A stretch of DNA of 60,212 nt, counting the filler, from Platydemus manokwari (Eukaryota): NCBI GenBank assembly GCA_037951405.1. It is 5 parts of 5 records of this genome, joined end to end, with 100 filler letters (N's around TTAATTAATTAA, not from the genome) between each part and the next. Parts side by side here need not be neighbours in the genome. Positions count along the whole stretch, not along the records: positions 48,153 to 60,212 come from JBBMOY010323336.1; 4 more parts are not named here. One strand, given 5' to 3'. The translations under genes were made by a program, and so were the position numbers. The notes beneath the pieces are model-generated. The model was not told the origin of the DNA and ran no database searches. It was given only the letters and a program-made list of their open reading frames with translations. Numbering within the stretch: the stretch's first letter is position 1; every line of letters starts with the position of its first letter. Positions 53,596 through 60,212 of the stretch are shown piece by piece.

Positions 53596-54400
53596 CATAT
53601 TTGCTTAAAAATACTATCACTACGACTGAACTTATTGAAGTTACACGAAACTGAAGAACTATTTGAGAACATGGAAGCTCTGGTGAGAAAACTGGAAAAA
53701 TACATTTTACTGAAATGGCAGAAACTGAGGGCAATTAAAAAGGGCATATCAAAGTGACCTGCATGAAAAATTACTATATCACGTATACTAGACTACGTCA
53801 GTTCGATGTGATATCTGAAAAATCATTTATGTACCTAAATATTGCTCATCGAATTATCCTTACTCAACCAAGTAATGTCTTTTACGAACTGAAGAGCACT
53901 ACGGAGGTATACACGTCTATCTATCATCCACGCTTATAATCTGCTAACATGAAATTATTTTTGCTGGAGTAAATTGATGTAAAAAGATGTTGATTGAAGA
54001 ATCACCAGAACGGGTCAATTTGCATATTCTGCAAAATGAAAAGTTGGGTAAAGTACGAATAAGCATTTAATGTACCTCCAAGATAATATATCACACGGTT
54101 TTTTTCATTTTTATTAATGATTAGATAATACTCAAAGTTCAAAAAAGCCTTACAATCAATAGTTCTCATTACGAAAAGAGCTCCACAAAGAAAGCAAAGA
54201 AACGCTTAAACTACTTAATCAACGTTTTATGCGATTGTATCGGTAAAATTGAACTAATCAAATCAGAAATAGGTGCTATAATAACTATTCAAGAGCTATT
54301 AGTTAGTTGTGGTAAAAGGTAGTTTTTAGTGGGCATCTCATTATACCTGAGTTCAGATTTATTCATAACAGACGAAAAACAACGTTTTGACTCTAAACAA
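53596..54400 (+). mobile_element. Decayed LINE reverse-transcriptase remnant
   Basis: LKWQKLRAIKKG...KNY (cf. WKxAxVxPIxKKG...NYRPI), LKSTTEV (cf. RSTTDA) and DVKR (cf. DxxKAFD) occur in the expected order. Frameshifted; boundaries approximate. Confidence 0.4.
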
Positions 54401-54701
54401 AAGGTACATGAGAGAGAAAAACTGCAGAAGATGATATTATGAAGTCGAATGTTTTCATGTTTTCACTTGGTACAAACCATCCCACTCTCTTGTACTCTAT
54501 TAACACGACAGAATAATGGATAATTTAATGTGAATAAACAAAGCTTTATTTAAAATTATTTAAAAATTTAATCAATATATTTTATTGATTATTCTTGAGT
54601 TAGTTTTTTATGCTGATTTACATTTTCGTATTTTAAAATTTCATTTATTAATATAATTTGCATCTAAAATTAATTTTAAAATAATTATAAATAATATTAC
54701 C

Positions 54702-54836
54702 TCAAACATTTATTCATAAACATTGGTAATCGAGATACCCATATATTAAAATATGGGATGTATATAGTTTTTTCCTTCGATCGTTCCATGAATCACAGTT
54801 CGCTAGTTCGATCATATAATCAATTCAACGTTTCAA
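54702..54836. repeat. Diverged direct copy of 48782-48914
   Basis: Both copies share caaa(c/t)atttattcataaacattg...gatac(c/t)catatattaaa...ttcgatcgttc(c/t)atg(a/g)atcacagttcgctagtt...tttcaa. Confidence 0.85.
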
Positions 54837-56120
54837 ATTTCAATGTGATTTCAACTTGAATTTGAATGTGATATCTAAATTGTGTGTTTTGGATAGATAT
54901 TACTCAAGAAAAAATCCCAGAACTGTATATAAAATTGAACTATAATTATTGTTAGAAATATTCAAAATCCGCGGAAGAATTGTAAGTTCATGAGGTTGCT
55001 CATTACCAAATAAATAGTCTTCACAACGAAAATAAAAATTAATTAAATAACTAATTTACTACTTATAAATAATATATAATTAAGTTTAAAAATGATTAAT
55101 CACGTTATTATTAATCAAAGAAACATATCCGTATAAATAAATATTGAATAGTTTCTGTGTTGATTTCGATCTTTAATTATTTATGTATTGAAATTTATAA
55201 TTCATTCTATTGCTTTCAATTAAGTAGAAATTATGGAATAACAAAATATGTCTAAAAGCTGTTTTCATCAAGATTTATTTGAAATATATTGTCAATCCGC
55301 TGTCTTTATTATTTATGCATTTTTCTATACAGATATATCATGAATTCTGTGACGATTTTGATAGTCTCGTCTGTACCCCTCTTCGAGCGATTGTCTTGCA
55401 TAAGACAAGTCAAAGAGAGAGACTTTACGAATTCAGGCGCTCAGTAGATAACATGCTCAACGAACAATCAGAAATGATGGAACAGGTAATTAATTAATCT
55501 TACAAACCTTTAGTTCTATCCTGTTTTGATCGTTTCATCAGCATAGCTGACAATTTAATTGTTTAAATACAATGGGCATTCAGAAAGAATGATTAATGAC
55601 TATCTCCTATCAATAAACGAATATTGATATCCAATAATATAACCTGAGTATTGAAAAATGTTTATAATTTCGTATATACATACATATCCCATGATATCAA
55701 ATTATTTAGGCTTATCTGATGATTTAAAAATTGAAAACAAAGATCCAATATAAATATATTTTGTTACAGTGAAAAATATTTCTCTTTTCGAATTCATTTA
55801 TAATTATATTGTTATCCGAAAGTCGAATTTATGAAAGCCATTTACATGACATCGGTTAATATATCGACAATGATGTGGAATTTTGATCATTGAATTTAAT
55901 GTCATTTGAAATCTATAAAATATTTTTATTGCCAACATCGTAAAATAAGCTCTCAGAGTCATAACGAAAAACCAGATATTATAAATATGGTCACATATTA
56001 GTCATAAATTATCGGAAAGCTAAACAATTACCAGATAGGGTATTTATTGAGCTAATATGCGCTATTTTATTATATTAGTTTGTATCAATATAAAGTTGGT
56101 TTCAGTTCTTGAGAAATTGA

Positions 56121-56922
56121 AAAATAAAGGGTGGTGTTTTTGTCAATTAAACGGTTAAAATAGCTAACCCACACATAGCTAATTTTTTGAGTTCAATTAA
56201 GAGTACAATTAAATAATTTTCATATTTTTGCCTTTAAATATCTTCCAGCTTAGTCACAGATTTGAAAACCAGTAACTAAAAATAATAGTACGATAAATAC
56301 ATTTTAGCATAGATAACTTGCTGTGCAATATTATCGTTAATATAATTATATTTATTTTTAAAAAATAACCTGTTAATACTTTAGCAAAATCAATATTTTC
56401 ATGTAGCTAATTAGTTTTTTGTCGAGAATTGCCTATTTATTCTGGATGCTTATAATTTTTATAAATATCAAACCGATCACAAAGGTGGCATGATAATAAA
56501 AAAATAACTATTTATTCAATAAACACCGCTTTTCATAATAACTTTGTCAATTTAATATTCCAGAACTTAAATTATTTGCATATAGAAGCTTCTCCCTGGG
56601 GATTAGACCAGGTATCATATGAATCCCAACTAGTGATCACATTACACAGTTGCATATTGTTTTCTTCTATACTACTAAGGGTCCATGTCAGGTATTGATT
56701 GTCTATTTCACTTGTCTTTACTTAGCTGAGAACTCTAGTTTTAAACCTATGACTTGGAAAATGAAAGGGTGATGTTTTTGTCAATTAAACGGTTAAAATA
56801 GCCAACCTACACATAGCTAATTTTTTATGAGTTTAATTAAGAGTACAATCAAATAGTTTTCTATACTATTGCACTTAAATATCTTCCGGCTTAGTCACAG
56901 ATTTGAAACCCAATAACCAAAA
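56121..56922. repeat. About 160-bp direct repeat pair (56121-56282 and 56758-56922)
   Basis: Both copies read aaagggtg(g/a)tgtttttgtcaattaaacggttaaaatagc...acacatagctaatttttt...gagtacaat...atcttcc(a/g)gcttagtcacagatttgaaa. Confidence 0.9.
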
Positions 56923-59107
56923 AAAATTGTTATCAAAACCTGTTTCAAAAGTTTTTATTTCGTCATCATTGTCCAATGCATATGTAGGGTTGAATCATTT
57001 TATTTATCGTATTAACTTTTCCTTGATTAACTGTTCCGGTTTAATGCTTGTTTTAATGTTTTAAATCAAGTAATAAGTTCCAGTATATTTTTGTTAATAA
57101 ACTTATTGTTAAATTCAACTTTTTAAAGAATATTATCGATTATATATATAATCAAAATAAAATAATAAAAATCAATTTATTCCAAATTAATCGAAAAGAA
57201 AATTTCGTTTATATGATTTTGATCAAAATTCTTTTGTAGACACAAATAATGGAAATTAAAACATAAAATAATTTCATGAATACAATATATTTTGTTCAAA
57301 AATTCTCTCGCACAATAGAACTTGATTTTATAAAACAAACAGGCCATTGTTCAACAAGGAAAGTATAAAAGAAATTGATATCGATTTATATGTTATCATC
57401 AGCATATCTAGTGTGATGGAATATAAATTGGTCAAAGATTTCATTTAATTTACAAATAGATCGTATGAAATAGTTTTACATGCACGTTTGTTTGTTTTTT
57501 TCTGATCACTTTTAAATTCGTACATAATTTTGAAATGGGTTTTTTGTGAAAAATTATAGAAACAAAAGACTATATTTTTTCTATGGATTGATTTGATTTT
57601 TTGATTTTTGTCTCATTCTACACACGCTACTGAAGCTTGAAATTTCCACACATAAGATCATTTTAAAATTATTCTATATTTTTAATAAATTATATCGATA
57701 ATAAAATATTCATTGATGATCATCGAAAAACAATGTTAGATAGATTTGAATTTGAAAAAATAGTTTATTAATATAATAAAATATCTATTGATTCACGGGT
57801 GTTGAATTTGAAATTATTTTATTTATCTTTTAAAGTTTGAAAGCCATTTTTATTATAATATAATATAATTATAATTTGAATCTAAAAAGATTGATAGACA
57901 ATATTGACAGTGATTCATACCGTTATAATAAAAAGAAAATTCATCATTTCCTTAATTTTGAAAGCCAGACATTTTCCAAACTTTTTGCGATCAGTCTCAT
58001 AAGATGAGAATGATTCCATATGTTATTCCGTAATTGTTATAGAAATCCGTTATCCAGCTCCTCTAGAGCAATTAAGTGAATGTGTTTTGTTTCTTCCAGT
58101 GTTAATTTATTTTCATTCTACTTTTCTTTATTTGTAATATCAAAAAACGTATGGCACATGATTCCATCTGCTATATCGTTGTCTCATTTCACTAAGTTAT
58201 AAAAATTGTAATCGATTTAATATTTAACATTTTCAAACCGATTTATTTAAAAAAAAGTTAAATAATATATTCATTCATAATGTGAACAGTTGCATTTAAT
58301 TAAATGACCGACTTTCTTGCTAGGCACACAAAAGTCTAAGAATCATTTACAGTTCACGTTTTATCGTGTATTGAATTTGGCGCTTAAAATTTAGCACGGT
58401 TCCCAAATGTAGTCATGACGATTTAGATCGCAATTCAACATCCGAGTTGATAGTGTATGCTTTTTAAAAAATTCATAGAATATTTTTTGATTATTTGAAA
58501 ATAATTTGTTTCGGAATTATAGTGGTCCGCATTTGTTTGATTATCTCTACTTATCATTTTATGGGCTAAATTAGAATAAAACATGACCTAATTTTTTTAT
58601 ATGAAAAACGTGTATTTTGTTCGGACATCTTTTATTTTACTGAAATTTCGTTCCAGATATATTATTTTAATATAAAAATCTTTCATACCATTGTTTTTGT
58701 AAGTACATGTTCCACATGAAATCAGGATGAGATCAGAATAATAATTTGAATTTCCAGTGTTTTGTTCGTAAATTAATAATATTTTCTTATAAATCATAAT
58801 GTATAATCCGTAAATTGAACTAATAAGTATGAATAGTAATGAACACGATCATTTATATATAAGCAATTGTAAAACTATAACAAAGCTTTCAAAAAATATA
58901 ATGAAACATTATGGGCTAGTCAATATTAATAAAATCTCTTTCGATGTCACTGTCTATTATAGAATGCAATTATGTTAAAATATCTCATCTTTTCAATTAA
59001 ATATGCATTTATCAATTTAAAATGCCCTAAAAATATTTCCCAACTAGCAATATTCATTAAATTTTGATAAAATTTAGAATAGCTATCCTTAATTATATGA
59101 GCAGTAG

Positions 59108-59224
59108 TTTTTCCGCGAAGTATATTTGAAAAACTTATTTGAAGTTGATAAAATTAGTTAAAATGCCAAAATTAATAAAATTAATCAATATATTACGTTG
59201 TGGTATTATAATAAAATATAAATA
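59108..59224 (+). promoter_or_regulatory. Histone H1 promoter: E2F-like site, two CHR-like elements and TATA box
   Basis: TTTTTCCGCGAA at 59108-59119, TTTGAA at 59125-59130 and 59138-59143, and TATAAATA at 59217-59224 (about 40 nt upstream of the ATG). Confidence 0.5.
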
Positions 59225-59262
59225 GCGTGTTTCAATTTTAAAATTATAATTTAAATTTGAAA

Positions 59263-59901
59263 ATGTCTAAGTCCAATAATCCACCTGTTATTGATATGGT
59301 CAAATCTGCCATTGAAGCTAGTCAAAGTAGAAAGGGTTTATCCTTGTTTGCTATCAAGAAGTATGTAGCAGAAACATACAATATTGATATGCTTAAGTAT
59401 GGACCATTCTTGAGACGAGGAATATCTAATGGTGTCGAGAAAGGCCTAATTGTTCGAATTGGTAATTCAAAGGGAGCTTCAGGAAGCTTCAAATTGCCAC
59501 CAAAAACAAAAAAAGTCAAGGTTTCTGGTGACGATGAAAAGTTGGAGAAGACTGAAAAAAAGACCGAAATAAAAAAATCAGATAAAACCATTAAGAAGGT
59601 TTCCGAAAAGAAAACTGCAGTTGCCAAAGCTTTGAAGAAATCTGTGGATAAGAAAGGACTGAAAGAATCAGTAGAAAAGAAAACAGTAAAACCAAAAGTT
59701 TTAAAGAAGCAAGTAGAAAAGACTACTGTGGCAGTAGTAAAGAAACCTGCTGTCAAAAAAGTTGCAACGAAGAAAGATATTAAAGAGAAAAAAGAAATAT
59801 CTGTCAAGTCGAAAAAACTTGCAACTAAGACTAAATCAGTTAAAACTGCTAAGCCTGTCTTAAAAGCTAAATCAAGTGCTTCAAAGACAGTAAAAAAGTA
59901 A
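59263..59901 (+). CDS. H1: Linker histone H1 (intronless, 212 aa)
   Basis: True ATG at 59263 (the ORF track starts at an upstream TTG). Globular domain PPVIDMVKSAI...SRKGLSLFAIKKYV...KGASGSFKL followed by a Lys-rich tail. Confidence 0.97.
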   Translation: MSKSNNPPVIDMVKSAIEASQSRKGLSLFAIKKYVAETYNIDMLKYGPFLRRGISNGVEKGLIVRIGNSKGASGSFKLPPKTKKVKVSGDDEKLEKTEKKTEIKKSDKTIKKVSEKKTAVAKALKKSVDKKGLKESVEKKTVKPKVLKKQVEKTTVAVVKKPAVKKVATKKDIKEKKEISVKSKKLATKTKSVKTAKPVLKAKSSASKTVKK

Positions 59902-59929
59902 ATATTTTAAAATCATGAGAACGCTAAAC

Positions 59930-59945
59930 GGCCCTCTTTAGGGTC
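59930..59945 (+). promoter_or_regulatory. Histone 3' UTR stem-loop (replication-dependent histone mRNA end)
   Basis: AAAC-GGCCCT-CTTT-AGGGTC-ACA, 28 nt after the stop codon; 6-bp stem and 4-nt loop with canonical flanks. Confidence 0.92.
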
Positions 59946-60212
59946 ACATATATTGATTGTTTTAGTATAAGTTAAATAATCTATTACACAATAGATTAAA
60001 TTTCCGTAAAACACAGCTTTTATATTTTATTGTTTTAATTTTTGAATTACGTAATGTATTAACAAGAGATTTTTTATCGGTTTAAAGGTTTTGCTTTTAT
60101 TTGTTACGCAATAATCGATTACGCAATAGTGCGTTTTAATTTTAATATTTCATTTAAAAATGTTTTTCAAAAAGTATTGAAATTATTTGTTGTTTTATAT
60201 ATTTACTAATTA

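Noticed and set aside
59322-59807. 161-aa hydrophobic ORF on the - strand
   Set aside because: Antisense shadow of the Lys-rich H1 codons.

Overview
Very AT-rich eukaryotic (metazoan) genomic DNA with many 44-52 nt GT-AG introns; this style suggests a flatworm or similar invertebrate, but that is inference only. The window is a concatenation of five pieces of about 10-13 kb joined by artificial 100-nt spacers (44 N + TTAATTAATTAA + 44 N), so adjacency across spacers is not proof of linkage. Splicing by hand recovers genes that the ORF track misses. (1) The first three coding exons of a conventional protein kinase C (- strand). (2) The central part of a FERM/band-4.1-family gene (- strand) with a run of symmetric phase-2 exons. 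(3) A two-exon gene of about 506 aa whose N-terminus aligns with the Mastermind (MamL-1) helix and is followed by acidic and Asn/Gln-rich tracts, making it a candidate highly diverged Notch co-activator. (4) Two Ly6/uPAR-like three-finger modules, one followed by a Thr-rich mucin-like repeat and one by a GPI-like tail. (5) An intronless histone H1 with a variant 3' stem-loop and an E2F/CHR-like promoter. The rest is a transposon graveyard: decayed Polinton/Maverick PolB and integrase, two hAT (Buster-type) MITEs, a pogo/Tc2-like MITE, and Tc1/mariner, Gypsy and LINE remnants.
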